Assembly (NCBI GenBank): GCA_963713825.1
Contig: CAVQNG010000005.1
Coordinates: 416,001-480,000, forward strand
DNA length: 64,000 nucleotides
Source of the DNA: an uncultured Acidobacteriota bacterium
GTDB lineage: Bacteria; Acidobacteriota; Thermoanaerobaculia; Multivoradales; JAHEKO01
Reading direction: 5' to 3'
The translations under genes were made by a program, and so were the position numbers. The notes under the pieces were generated by a model that made no database searches, was not told the origin of the DNA, and saw only the letters and a program-made list of their open reading frames with translations. Each line of letters starts with the position of its first letter. Position 1 is the stretch's first letter. Below, piece after piece: positions 39,408 to 49,140 of the stretch.

Positions 39408-41066
39408 ATGTCTAAGTTCAAGTCTCTTCGAGTTTCACTTGGAATCGGTCTGGCGCTGATCGCCTTGCAGGCGCTGTCAGTGGTTCCAGCCACGGCACAG
39501 GTGGATATCTATGTGCTGGGGCGGCCGGGCTCGACATTCTCGCCACATTCGGCCCGAAATCTGGAGGAGATGAAAGATCTCTTCGATCGCTTCGAGCCGG
39601 ACATCCGTGAAGTACTCGAAATCGGTGGCTGGGGTGGAAACGCCGATGACCTGTTCGCGACGATGCGCGCGGCCAAAGAGGGCGACGGTACGGTTACCAG
39701 GACCACCATCAACCCCGGTGACACGCTGAAGTGGATGGCCAACCGCAAGGGCGGAGAGCCGTCTGTCGTCGTGAATCCGCGCTGGGCGGCCAAGCAGTCC
39801 GTTCCGGCATGGCAGATCCTCGTGACCTCTGGCGACACCGAGTACACCTTCATCGTGCCCGAGACCTGCATGAACCTGGCTTACAAGAGCTCGCGTTCGG
39901 TTGCCAAGCCGAAGCCGACCTGCAATATCAAGGCTAGCTACGACCAGGGTACTGACACGATCACGGTCACCGGAAGCAGCGACGGCGAGTTCAAGATCAC
40001 CGACGCTGGCCTGCCGGGTGGCAAGGGCAGTGTTGCCGATCTGAAGAGCACCGGCCCGATGACCTGGACCTTCACACCGAAGACCGACGGCACCTACACC
40101 TTCAACGGTCAGTCGGTCAAGGATGGTCAGACGCAGACCTGCACGGCCAGCGTCCGCGTGGGCAAGGCCAAGGCAGCCTGCGCCATCGACGTGATCGTCG
40201 ATCCTGAGACGAAGGTCATCTCGGTCGACAGCAGCCGGACCACCGGCGATTTCGAGTTGACCAGTCTGACGCTGCCGGACGGCACCGCCGGTGACATGGC
40301 CATGATCGAGTCCGCTGGTGATTCCAAGTGGACGTACGATCCTGCCGGTTCGCTGAAGCGGCGGCCAGGTGACTACAACTACACCTTCGCTGGCAAGTCG
40401 ACCCTGTACGACACCGAGTCGACTTGCGACACGTCGGCCATCATTCGCATCGAAGGTCCGGATTATGCCTGGATCGGCCGTGGCTACTACATCCACAACT
40501 ACCCAGGCTCGGATACCCTGCACGTCGAGAACCCAACGGGTTTCGATCCGCCGATCTTCACGCAGTTCTGGGCTGATGGTGGCAATGGCTTTGGTGGTGA
40601 GGTCGAGTACATGTTCAAGCCGAACATGGGCATTTGGGGCGGTATCGCCTTCTCGAACATCAAGACCAGCCTGATGTACGACCGGGCCGATGTCTGGCTG
40701 ACCGGCACCGACAGAGTCGATCTGCGGCAGTTCAGCCTGGGTTACAACTACCACTTCACGCCGGACCGGCGCGCCGACATCTACGCTGGCGTGCTCGCGT
40801 CCTGGGTGAACTTCAGCTCCTCGACCTTCAACTTCTCAGAGATCCCGCCGGAGCTCGGTGGGCCTGTGGACTATCAGGTCAAGTACGATAACGAGCTGTC
40901 CGGTGGCCTCAACCTGGGTATCGACTACCCGTTCTCGGAAGGCGGCCCCTGGGTCCTCTCCGGTGGGCTGAGGTACATGTTCCTGGCGCTGGAGGGTGAT
41001 GCAAACGTCTACCACATCACCATCGATCCGCTGCAGTTGTTCATCGGCGTCGGCTACCGCTGGTAG
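39408..41066 (+). CDS. Exported protein: N-terminal domain + two Cys-bracketed beta-rich repeats + C-terminal OmpW-like barrel
   Basis: Strong SD, signal peptide; C-terminal ~200 aa paralogous to the next gene; ends GVGYRW. Confidence 0.8.
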   Translation: MSKFKSLRVSLGIGLALIALQALSVVPATAQVDIYVLGRPGSTFSPHSARNLEEMKDLFDRFEPDIREVLEIGGWGGNADDLFATMRAAKEGDGTVTRTTINPGDTLKWMANRKGGEPSVVVNPRWAAKQSVPAWQILVTSGDTEYTFIVPETCMNLAYKSSRSVAKPKPTCNIKASYDQGTDTITVTGSSDGEFKITDAGLPGGKGSVADLKSTGPMTWTFTPKTDGTYTFNGQSVKDGQTQTCTASVRVGKAKAACAIDVIVDPETKVISVDSSRTTGDFELTSLTLPDGTAGDMAMIESAGDSKWTYDPAGSLKRRPGDYNYTFAGKSTLYDTESTCDTSAIIRIEGPDYAWIGRGYYIHNYPGSDTLHVENPTGFDPPIFTQFWADGGNGFGGEVEYMFKPNMGIWGGIAFSNIKTSLMYDRADVWLTGTDRVDLRQFSLGYNYHFTPDRRADIYAGVLASWVNFSSSTFNFSEIPPELGGPVDYQVKYDNELSGGLNLGIDYPFSEGGPWVLSGGLRYMFLALEGDANVYHITIDPLQLFIGVGYRW

Positions 41067-41088
41067 ATCTCTGCGTTTGAATGACTCG

Positions 41089-41119
41089 CCGCTGCGCCTT
41101 CGGGCGCAGCGGGTTTTTT
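41089..41119 (+). terminator. Rho-independent terminator
   Basis: CCGCTGCGCC-TTCG-GGCGCAGCGG then GTTTTTT. Confidence 0.9.
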
Positions 41120-41310
41120 CACTCGAACGAACCTTCTGTACCGAAAGCTCGTAATACTTCTAGAGGATGGGATATGGAGATAGCAATATCCGTATCTTCT
41201 TTCAGTGGCATTCGGGGAATGGATTTCCGGATGCGTCCAGGTAGCGGATCTGTAGACAGGCCGGTTCCGCCTGGACAAATCGAAAAACATGTAAGAAAGG
41301 GAGAACCAAT

Positions 41311-42015
41311 ATGAGTCGTTTCATTGGGAAGAGAATGAGGTTCGCAATCGCCATCGGCGTTGCGTTCCTGGCCCTGCAGTTCATTGGAGTCGCCGACTCC
41401 TCCGCGCAGGATGCAGACTTTCGCTGGATTTCACGCCTCCACTATGTGCACGTCTGGCCGGGCTCGGATACGGTCACGTTCACCCCTCCCGGTGCGCCGG
41501 GCCCGGGACTTGTCACCAGCGATTTCTTTGTCGATGGCGGCAATGGATTCAATGCCGAATTGGAATACCTGGTGACGCCCAGGATCGGCACCTATTTCGG
41601 CCTGACTTTCGACAACATGAAGACCAACATGAGTTTCGATATTGTCGGAGACTCGACGCCCATTCTCTATTCGAATGACCGGGTCGACATGCGCGGGATA
41701 AACCTGGGTGCAAACTTCCACTTCACGCCGGAGAGTCGCTTTGACCTCTACGCGGGTGCTCTGCTGTCGTGGGTAGGCTACAGCTCGTCGACCTTCTACT
41801 TCCCCGAGTTCGACTACGACCTTCAGGTAAAGTACGACGACGAGCTGGCGTGGGGGGTCAACTTCGGAGGCGACTTCGCGTTCGGTGAGGACAGCCCGTG
41901 GTTTGCCTCTGTGCAAGTTCGGTACATGCTCCTGGCGTTGGAGGGAGACTCCAACGTCGAGAAGCTGACCGTCGACCCCGTGAAGGGCTTCTTCGGTTTC
42001 GGCTATCGCTGGTAG
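41311..42015 (+). CDS. OmpW-like outer-membrane beta-barrel
   Basis: Signal peptide; NFHFTP..FDLYAG, VDP..GFGYRW. Confidence 0.82.
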   Translation: MSRFIGKRMRFAIAIGVAFLALQFIGVADSSAQDADFRWISRLHYVHVWPGSDTVTFTPPGAPGPGLVTSDFFVDGGNGFNAELEYLVTPRIGTYFGLTFDNMKTNMSFDIVGDSTPILYSNDRVDMRGINLGANFHFTPESRFDLYAGALLSWVGYSSSTFYFPEFDYDLQVKYDDELAWGVNFGGDFAFGEDSPWFASVQVRYMLLALEGDSNVEKLTVDPVKGFFGFGYRW

Positions 42016-42037
42016 ATTCTGTTGGCTGCAACTCTTG

Positions 42038-42070
42038 GCCGCTGTGTCCTTTTGGGCACAGCGGCTTTTT
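42038..42070 (+). terminator. Rho-independent terminator
   Basis: GCCGCTGTGTCC-TTTT-GGGCACAGCGGC then TTTTT. Confidence 0.88.
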
Positions 42071-42084
42071 CGTTGCAGCGCAAA

Positions 42085-42554
42085 GGGGTTGAGGCGTCCG
42101 AGCGTAACTCTCGGCCGACCCTTGAGGGCTTGAGGGTTGAAGCGTCCGTCGTACCTCCGGCCGGCCTTTGGGGGCTTGGGGGTTGAGAAGGCCGACCGAA
42201 CCAGGGATCTCCCTCGTCTGCGGCCTCACCCGACCATGCCCCTCCGACGAGAGAGACCCATGGCCCGATCTACCACCTTCGAGACACATCAATCATCGGA
42301 TTGCTGACTCACCCCCTACGCCCCTATCGCCCTAGGCCTCTAAGCCCTTAAGCCCCTACTGCCCTAAGCCCTTACGCCCCATTGGTGCCAGAGGGTCGTT
42401 CGGGTGGTTCGACAGGGGGCGCCGAGTCGAGCGCAGCGCAAGGTCCCAGATAGGGCACAGGAGATGAAGCGCGATGACGAGACGAGGCGGCGGCCCGCCC
42501 GTCATAGTCTGAGTAGCCGCCGCCGTCCGCCTGCGAATCGCCCAGACGAACCTC
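42085..42554 (+). repeat. Modular repeat, copy E (T-T-T fragment-X-long microsatellite-Y)
   Basis: X 42194-42270; about nine CCCCTA-type units 42312-42380; Y 42391-42554. Confidence 0.88.
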
Positions 42555-42572
42555 CACGAAATGGGTAGCTGA

Positions 42573-43424
42573 TCAGAGGTCTTTGCGATCGTCCTGGAGA
42601 CGCTCGGCAGTGTCTGCAGCCCGTTGGGACCAGAAGCCGGCGATGGAGCCGGAGAGGTCGTGCCAACGGAGATGGCGTTCCTGCCAGGATCCAGCCTCAT
42701 TGGCGAGCCAATCCAGAGTGGACGCGGGATCCTGCCCGAGCAGGGCCTTGAGTGCATAGCGGCGCTCTGCCACGCGTGTTGCCAACTGCAGATCCCGGCC
42801 CGCCCTCACCAGATCGCTGCGCACCAGGAGGATGCCGCTACGGACTGGGCTGAGTAGTGAATCGAGCCATGCCTCTCCACCCTCAGCCGTCGGATCGAGC
42901 AGCGCCGGTGCCTCGCGCAGGTGGAGCGGTAGGATATTCGGCCGGCCGAGCTCGATAGCCTCAGACTGCAGAACCTCCCGGAGTAGCTCGCCCCAGGCCT
43001 GGTAGAACGGCGAGGCGAGCTCCTGCAGCTTCTCCAGGTATACGGGTACCCAGCTTACGATGTGCTCCCAGAGAAATGTCGTGCGGAGGTGTCTCCATCG
43101 GCTGGCAGTCTCAGCATCAGCGGTCTCTTCTTCGAGCTCACAGAGGCGGGCGTACAAAGCCAGCACGAGCGATAGATGGTCGGACTCGGGTGGGGGAGTC
43201 TGCTCGAGAACGCGCCAGAAGCCGGCGATCCGATCGCGGGCTTCGCCCCCCAACATCCCCTCGGGGCCAAGATAGACGGAGGCATACGGGTACAGCTGAA
43301 ACAGGAAGAGGTCGTCGTAATCGACGGGCTCTGGTGGAGTGCCGAGTCGGAGCAGCTCGGCGATGCCGGGCGTCTCGCGCCCCGGAGGCTCGGCCAGAGC
43401 GGCTAGTGATCGAAGCAGCTCCAC
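42573..43424 (-). CDS. TorD/DmsD family molybdoenzyme maturation chaperone
   Basis: YPYASVYL, ESDHLS, FLWEHIVSW, FY; downstream of the Mo enzyme. Confidence 0.85.
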   Translation of the reverse strand: MELLRSLAALAEPPGRETPGIAELLRLGTPPEPVDYDDLFLFQLYPYASVYLGPEGMLGGEARDRIAGFWRVLEQTPPPESDHLSLVLALYARLCELEEETADAETASRWRHLRTTFLWEHIVSWVPVYLEKLQELASPFYQAWGELLREVLQSEAIELGRPNILPLHLREAPALLDPTAEGGEAWLDSLLSPVRSGILLVRSDLVRAGRDLQLATRVAERRYALKALLGQDPASTLDWLANEAGSWQERHLRWHDLSGSIAGFWSQRAADTAERLQDDRKDL

Positions 43425-43469
43425 GACAGGAGTGCCAGGTCGGTGCGGCGGCAGGGCGGCGATTTGCCC

Positions 43470-46379
43470 CTACCGACGGGCCTCTTCCGGCAATAGATAG
43501 GCCTTCTTGACCGGCTTCACAGGCCGGATCAGCCAGCCAGGGCGACGGGTTCCGTCCGGCGAGTAGACCGCCGCCGAACGGGTCTTCTCGAGCCACGCGT
43601 TGAAGACCTCGTGGCTCTTTTCCGTGTCCACCCAGACTTCACCGTAACGGTCACCCATCTTGGCTCTTCGCACCCGGACTGCCTGATGCCAGCAATGCAT
43701 GCCGGAGATAGGGTCTGGGTGCACCGGGAAGGTCATGTTCTGATGGACGCCCGCGTCGGTCCACCAGATTCGACTCGTGTCCGGATCGCTCGAGGCATAG
43801 GGCTCGACGCCACGCTTGCGCTTGAGGGTCCACTCCGAGCCCTTGTGGTCCAGGCTCGCGGTGGTCATCATCTGCCGCTGGCCATGATCGTGGATCTTCC
43901 AGCGCCCCATGTGGTGGCTACAAGCCACGACGCCGGGTTTGATCCCTTCCGTCACCCAGGCCTTGAGCACGAAGTAGCCGATCTCGGTCTCGACCCGAAC
44001 CAGATCTCCGGTCTCCTTGATTCCCAGTCGCTTCGCATCGATGGGATGCAGCCAGAGAGGATTGGTGTGGGCGATCTCGTCCAGCCACTTGGAGTTGGCA
44101 CTTCGGGTGTGGATCTGCACCGGCAGACGGAACGTAGAGATGAGGACCATTTGGTCGTCATCCATGCTCTCCGGGTGGACGTGACTTCTGATGTAGGTCG
44201 GCAGGGCGTATTCCTTCCAGCCCCATTCAGCGATCGTCGTGGAGTAGAACTCCAGAAGCCCGCTAGGTGTGGGAAAGCCTCGCAGGACCTCGCCATCGAT
44301 GCGCACACCGGCCGGCCTTCGTCCTTCGGCGTCGCCATCGGGTGCGCCGATCGGTGCCATGTTCAAGGGTGGCGGAGCCGGAGACCTGGTGAAGACTCGG
44401 CCGAAACGATCCTCCGCGACATCTTCGAGCTCCTCGGAAGGGACCGGGTTCTCGTAGAGCGGTCCGACATCGGAGGCGACTTCGAAGGCACCGTAGCGTC
44501 GCATGAATTCGAGGGGCTTCAAGCCCTCCTTGGCGGCGGCTTCGGGCAGGCCGGGCACCGAATTGTCGAAGATCCAGCCGTAATACTCGTCGACTGTCAG
44601 AGGCTCGCCGGGCTTCTCCTTCGACTCCACGAACGGGCGGATTCCCAGACTGCCGTCAGGATCGATCCGCCAGGACAGATCCAGCCAGAACTCGTTCTCC
44701 TCCCAGACTTCACCGGGATTGCTGTGGCGGGTGTCGCTGATGGTCTCTCCCAGACGCTCTCTGGCAGCGCGCAGCACGGGTTGGCGGAAACCGATCCACT
44801 GGCCGGCGTAGGTCTCGTAGGAGTGGATGTCGTGGCGCTCGGAGGCCAGACCCATCGGCAGGATGTAGTCGGCGAAGTAGGCCGTCTCGTTCCAGGTCGG
44901 TGTCAGGGCGACGTGCAGCCCGACCTTTTCCTCGTCGGTGAGCATCTCGATCCACGAGAAGCCGTCCGGGTTGGTCCACACCGGGTTGTAGACCCGGCTG
45001 AAATAGACGTCGAGGCGTTTCTCCGACCGCTTGACCAGATGAGGCAACAGAAACGACAACTCGTTCATGGCCAGCGGGAACTCGATCGGCCAGGTCAGCT
45101 CGTTCCAATGCTCGGGATGACGTGGCAGGTGAATGGGTCTCGGGACGAATTTGTTCCAAGCGTTGGGATAGAGCCCTCCCGGAGTCGCCACCGCTCCCAT
45201 CAGGGCGTTGAGCATGAAGAGAGTACGCGATACCTGCCAACCACCTTCGTTGGCTGCTGCGGCGCTTCGCCAGTTGTGGGTCGAGAGGCGTGTGCCAGCG
45301 GTGGAGACGATCTCGGCCACCTGACGCAGAACCTCTGCCTCGATCCCCGACTCCTGCTCGGCGAACTCGAACGTGTAGCTCTCGTACTCTGCCTGCAACA
45401 GGCGCTCGAAGCTCTCGAAGGTCGGCTCGATGCCCGGATGCTCTTGGTCGAGATACTCCTGCCAGTTCCACCAGCGACGCACGTAGTCGCGGTTGTAGAG
45501 CTTCTTCTGGATCAGGTAGTTGGCGATCGCCAGGTGGATGGCAGCCTCGGAACCGGGCTGCGGTGCCAGCCAGAAGTCGGCATGCGTCGCGGTATTGGAG
45601 AGCCGCGTATCGAGCACGATCAGCTTGGCGCCCTGCTGTTTGGCTTCGATGATGCGCTGGGCATGCGGATTGAAGTAGTGGCCGGTCTCGAGATGGGCGC
45701 TGACCAAGAAGATGACTTTGGCTCGGGCGTGATCCGGGCTGGGCCGGTCGATTCCGGTCCAAAACTGGTAACCGGCTCGAGCGCCCGACGAACAGACGTT
45801 GGTATGGGAGTTGTGGGCGTCGCAGCCCCAGGCAGCCATCAACCGCTCTGTGAAGCCATCTTCACCGGGCCGGCCGACGTGGTACATGATCTCTTCCTGC
45901 CGCCCCTCTTGAATCGCTTTGCGAATGCGTCCCGCCACGTCGTTGAGAGCTTCCTCCCAGCCGACCCTCTCCCACTTGCCCGCACCCCTTTCGCCGACTC
46001 TCTTGAGCGGATGGAGGATGCGGTCGGGATCGGTCACCTGATTGAGTGTCGCCGGTCCCTTGGCACAGTTGCGGCCGCGCGAGCCGGGGTGCTCCGGGTT
46101 GCCCTCGAACTTGGCGATGTCGAGCGTGTTCTTGTCGATGTAGGCCAGCAGGCCGCAAGCCGACTCGCAGTTGAAGCACGTCGTGGGCACCAGCATGAAG
46201 CGTTTCTCGACGCGCTTCGGCCAGGCCTTCGAGTCGAGCTCTACCCAGTCGTCCCAGCGCTCCTTCGGAGGAAAGGAGGCCAGATGGATGCGGCTGGCTC
46301 CCGGGTAGAAGGTCTCGCCTCGCGCTTCCGTTTCCGCGCGAGCGGCGCTGACTCTCTCATTGAGGTCTTTGAGGCTCAT
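43470..46379 (-). CDS. Mo/W-bisPGD oxidoreductase catalytic subunit (Psr/Sre/Soe-like), no Tat signal
   Basis: CFNCESAC..CAKG FeS motif; HNSHTNVC (likely Cys ligand); ADYILP; HTRSAN; molybdopterin dinucleotide domain. Confidence 0.9.
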   Translation of the reverse strand: MSLKDLNERVSAARAETEARGETFYPGASRIHLASFPPKERWDDWVELDSKAWPKRVEKRFMLVPTTCFNCESACGLLAYIDKNTLDIAKFEGNPEHPGSRGRNCAKGPATLNQVTDPDRILHPLKRVGERGAGKWERVGWEEALNDVAGRIRKAIQEGRQEEIMYHVGRPGEDGFTERLMAAWGCDAHNSHTNVCSSGARAGYQFWTGIDRPSPDHARAKVIFLVSAHLETGHYFNPHAQRIIEAKQQGAKLIVLDTRLSNTATHADFWLAPQPGSEAAIHLAIANYLIQKKLYNRDYVRRWWNWQEYLDQEHPGIEPTFESFERLLQAEYESYTFEFAEQESGIEAEVLRQVAEIVSTAGTRLSTHNWRSAAAANEGGWQVSRTLFMLNALMGAVATPGGLYPNAWNKFVPRPIHLPRHPEHWNELTWPIEFPLAMNELSFLLPHLVKRSEKRLDVYFSRVYNPVWTNPDGFSWIEMLTDEEKVGLHVALTPTWNETAYFADYILPMGLASERHDIHSYETYAGQWIGFRQPVLRAARERLGETISDTRHSNPGEVWEENEFWLDLSWRIDPDGSLGIRPFVESKEKPGEPLTVDEYYGWIFDNSVPGLPEAAAKEGLKPLEFMRRYGAFEVASDVGPLYENPVPSEELEDVAEDRFGRVFTRSPAPPPLNMAPIGAPDGDAEGRRPAGVRIDGEVLRGFPTPSGLLEFYSTTIAEWGWKEYALPTYIRSHVHPESMDDDQMVLISTFRLPVQIHTRSANSKWLDEIAHTNPLWLHPIDAKRLGIKETGDLVRVETEIGYFVLKAWVTEGIKPGVVACSHHMGRWKIHDHGQRQMMTTASLDHKGSEWTLKRKRGVEPYASSDPDTSRIWWTDAGVHQNMTFPVHPDPISGMHCWHQAVRVRRAKMGDRYGEVWVDTEKSHEVFNAWLEKTRSAAVYSPDGTRRPGWLIRPVKPVKKAYLLPEEARR

Positions 46380-46400
46380 CGCGTAGCTCCTTGTGCTCCC

Positions 46401-47942
46401 TTAAGCGAGGGGTACGGCTTGACCGGCCTGGACGTAGGCGTGCTCGAAGGCGAGCAGGCCGATGAGGGCGAACGGTACGGCGATCGGAGCACCGATCAAG
46501 GGTGCTGCGACGGCCACCGCCGCCAAAGCCAGTCCGGTCCAGAAGTAGAGTTTGAAGCGGCCGCCGGTCATCTCGTGGGTTGCCGCTTTGGCGTGGGCTG
46601 TAGCGTGCGTCAGCGTGATCTCACCCAGGATCATCAGGACGTGGATGAAGCTGGCGGTCGCCAGGCCCCAGAGCAGGGGAGTTACGGCTCGCGGCTCCCA
46701 AAGCAGTGCGAAGGGCAGCAACACGGCCGACCCCGCCAAGAGGGTCTGCACCAGGAGGTGCGGCGGCAACAGGGGACTCTGCCATAGGTCGCGCGCCTTG
46801 GCCTGGGCAAACAGATAGGCGGTATAGACGGCGGTCATGGTGGCCAGCGGGATGCCCGGCCAGAGCAGCATCTGGTGCCAGTCGCCCTTGGCGAGCAGGC
46901 TGGCCAGGAAATGCAGCCCCAGAATGGCCGAGTAGCCTCCGATGATGTAGGACCCCCGCACCAGCCAGCTGCGCCAGTGTGATTTCGTGAAGATCATGTA
47001 GAAGCGGGTGGGATGGTCGAGGTCCCAGATCAGCAGAACGCCGGTCAGACCCAGGAAGGCTCCCGCCACGACGGGGGCGGTCCACTGCCAGAGGCTGCTG
47101 CTCGCATCGATCATTCCGAACAGCACCAGCAGCGCCGCCACCAGGTAGGCACCGGCGGCGATCCCCTTGGTCAGCGTGTAGAGGCTCACCCGCCAGTCCC
47201 AGGGTGCCTTGTGAGGCACGTCGTAGGCCAGCACGGCAGCAGCGGAGGAGTTGCTGGCGTCCGGGCTTCCCGATACGACACTCTGTCCGCCCTGCTTCTG
47301 CTGGCTCCAGATGAAGATGCCGCCGGGCGGTCTCTGGGCAGCCAGGGGATCGAGAGTGGCCTGATGGGCGCCCCGGTAGTAGAGCTTCGGATGCGTCTCC
47401 TTCTCGGGCCGCCGCACGGCTACAGGCTGTCGATTGACCATCTGGGCGACCCGGGTGTTGGGGTCGTTCATGTCGCCTATCATGATGGCCTCGGTGGGGC
47501 AGACGACCACGCAGGCCGGTTCCAGCCCGACATCGAGGCGGTGAGCGCAGAAGTTGCACTTCTCCGCTGAATGATCTTCTGGGTTGATGAAGATGGCGTC
47601 GTAAGGGCACGAGGCGATGCAGGCCTTGCATCCGATGCAAATTGACTTGTCGAAGTCGACGATGCCGTCCGCTCGCTGGTGCATGGCCTGGGTGGGGCAG
47701 GCGGCGACGCAGGGCGGGTCTTCACACTGATTGCAGCGGGTCACCTGATAGGCGCGGCGGGCCGCCGGGAACTTGCCGACATCGACATACTTGACGTAGG
47801 TTCGCGTCACCGACAGCGGGACGTCGTTCTCTGATTTGCAGGCCGTGGTGCAAGCATGGCAACCGATGCAACTGGCATGATCGACTACCTTGCCCCACTT
47901 GAGCGGGTCGGTGCGGGTTTGAGCTGGTAGCGGCTCGGCCAT
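46401..47942 (-). CDS. Fused 4x[4Fe-4S] (NrfC/PsrB) + NrfD/PsrC membrane anchor
   Basis: CIGCHAC, CNQCEDPPC, CIGCKAC, CNFC..PACVVVCP, then ~8 TMs with DLDHPTRF, SWLVRG. Confidence 0.9.
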   Translation of the reverse strand: MAEPLPAQTRTDPLKWGKVVDHASCIGCHACTTACKSENDVPLSVTRTYVKYVDVGKFPAARRAYQVTRCNQCEDPPCVAACPTQAMHQRADGIVDFDKSICIGCKACIASCPYDAIFINPEDHSAEKCNFCAHRLDVGLEPACVVVCPTEAIMIGDMNDPNTRVAQMVNRQPVAVRRPEKETHPKLYYRGAHQATLDPLAAQRPPGGIFIWSQQKQGGQSVVSGSPDASNSSAAAVLAYDVPHKAPWDWRVSLYTLTKGIAAGAYLVAALLVLFGMIDASSSLWQWTAPVVAGAFLGLTGVLLIWDLDHPTRFYMIFTKSHWRSWLVRGSYIIGGYSAILGLHFLASLLAKGDWHQMLLWPGIPLATMTAVYTAYLFAQAKARDLWQSPLLPPHLLVQTLLAGSAVLLPFALLWEPRAVTPLLWGLATASFIHVLMILGEITLTHATAHAKAATHEMTGGRFKLYFWTGLALAAVAVAAPLIGAPIAVPFALIGLLAFEHAYVQAGQAVPLA

Positions 47943-48068
47943 CGATACTCCCTCCCGTATGTCGGGCCCCATGTTAAGAGATGGGAGGACCGACCGCAAT
48001 CCTCATTTCGAGCCCTTTGACAGGACCCGCTCGTTGCAGCAAACTGGTCGCTCGGAGGGGCGAAGAGA

Positions 48069-49139
48069 ATGACAGCGGAGAGTCGGCAGGAATCCACGGC
48101 ATCTGATGGTGAGACGGCGACCAGCAGGGGTTGGCTGGACCCTGGCAGCCTTTCCACGAGCGAAGGCACGACTGCCCTGGTGCACCTCTATCGAGGCGAG
48201 GTGACTCGATCCAATACTTGGCGCACTCGACTCGACGCGACAACCAACTGGGCCGTGGTGACCACGGGCATCGCGCTGTCCTATGCCTTCGGCGCCGCCG
48301 ACAACACTCCGGTGGTCATCCTCATCGTCAGCCTCCTGGTGCTGCTGTTTCTTTTCATCGAGGCTCGTCGGTATCGCTACTACGAGCTTTGGACCCATCG
48401 AGTTCGTCTCATGGAGATGAACTTTTACTCCGGCCTACTATCGGCCAACTTCAAGCCGGAAGTAGGGTGGGCACAGGAAATCGTCGACACCCTGCAGCAC
48501 CCATCCTTCCCTATCGGGCTGCTGGAAGCTCTGGGTCGGCGCTACCGACGCAACTATGCCCTGCTGTTCTTCATCCTTACCTTGAGCTGGCTTGCCAAGA
48601 TCGTCATTCATCCGACGTCGGTCGAGAGCTGGAGTCAGTTTCTCGAGCGTGCCTCGGTGGGTCCCGTCCCAGGCTGGGTAGTCCTGATCGGTGGGGTCCT
48701 CTTCAATGGTGGGCTGCTAGCGTTAGGCCTCTTTACTGTAGGCCTGCGTCGTACCGATGCCGAGGTCTTCGACCGCACGCCGCGCTTCTATCGCAGGCTT
48801 TGGGCCAGGATACGAGCCGCGACGCGAGAGTCCCTGGAAATCGACCTGGGGTCCTTCAAGCCCCATCTCGGGGGTGGCCGCAAGCTCGTCTTCGTCATCT
48901 CGGACGAGGTCGAGGCGGTGAGCAGGCCGCTGATGAATGAGCTCGACCGAGGAGTGACCCTCATCAAGGGACAAGGCATGTACAGCGGCAGGGAGCACGG
49001 CATCCTGATGTGCGTGGTGCGGAGCCGCCAGGTGGAGCCACTGAAGGAGATCGTGCACCAGGCCGACCCGAACGCCTTCGTGGTCATCAGTGCGGCCCAG
49101 GATGTCCGCGGCGAGGGCTTTCGCCCGCTGGAAGCCTAG
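48069..49139 (+). CDS. DUF2270 membrane domain fused to DUF2179 (P-II-like) C-terminal domain
   Basis: HLYRGE..WRTRLDATTNWAV, IEARRYRYY; C-terminal RGVTLIKGQGMYSG..DPNAFV..GEGF. Confidence 0.82.
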   Translation: MTAESRQESTASDGETATSRGWLDPGSLSTSEGTTALVHLYRGEVTRSNTWRTRLDATTNWAVVTTGIALSYAFGAADNTPVVILIVSLLVLLFLFIEARRYRYYELWTHRVRLMEMNFYSGLLSANFKPEVGWAQEIVDTLQHPSFPIGLLEALGRRYRRNYALLFFILTLSWLAKIVIHPTSVESWSQFLERASVGPVPGWVVLIGGVLFNGGLLALGLFTVGLRRTDAEVFDRTPRFYRRLWARIRAATRESLEIDLGSFKPHLGGGRKLVFVISDEVEAVSRPLMNELDRGVTLIKGQGMYSGREHGILMCVVRSRQVEPLKEIVHQADPNAFVVISAAQDVRGEGFRPLEA

Positions 49140-49140
49140 G

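Noticed and set aside
42085-42190. Tandem T units as a CRISPR array
   Set aside because: Units are adjacent and degenerate with no unique spacers, at most three in a row, and no cas genes are present
43611-46787. 1058-aa plus-strand ORF and other long antisense ORFs (e.g. 60367-61458, 39477-40754, 33624-34745)
   Set aside because: Shadow frames of well-supported genes in GC-rich DNA; no recognisable motifs
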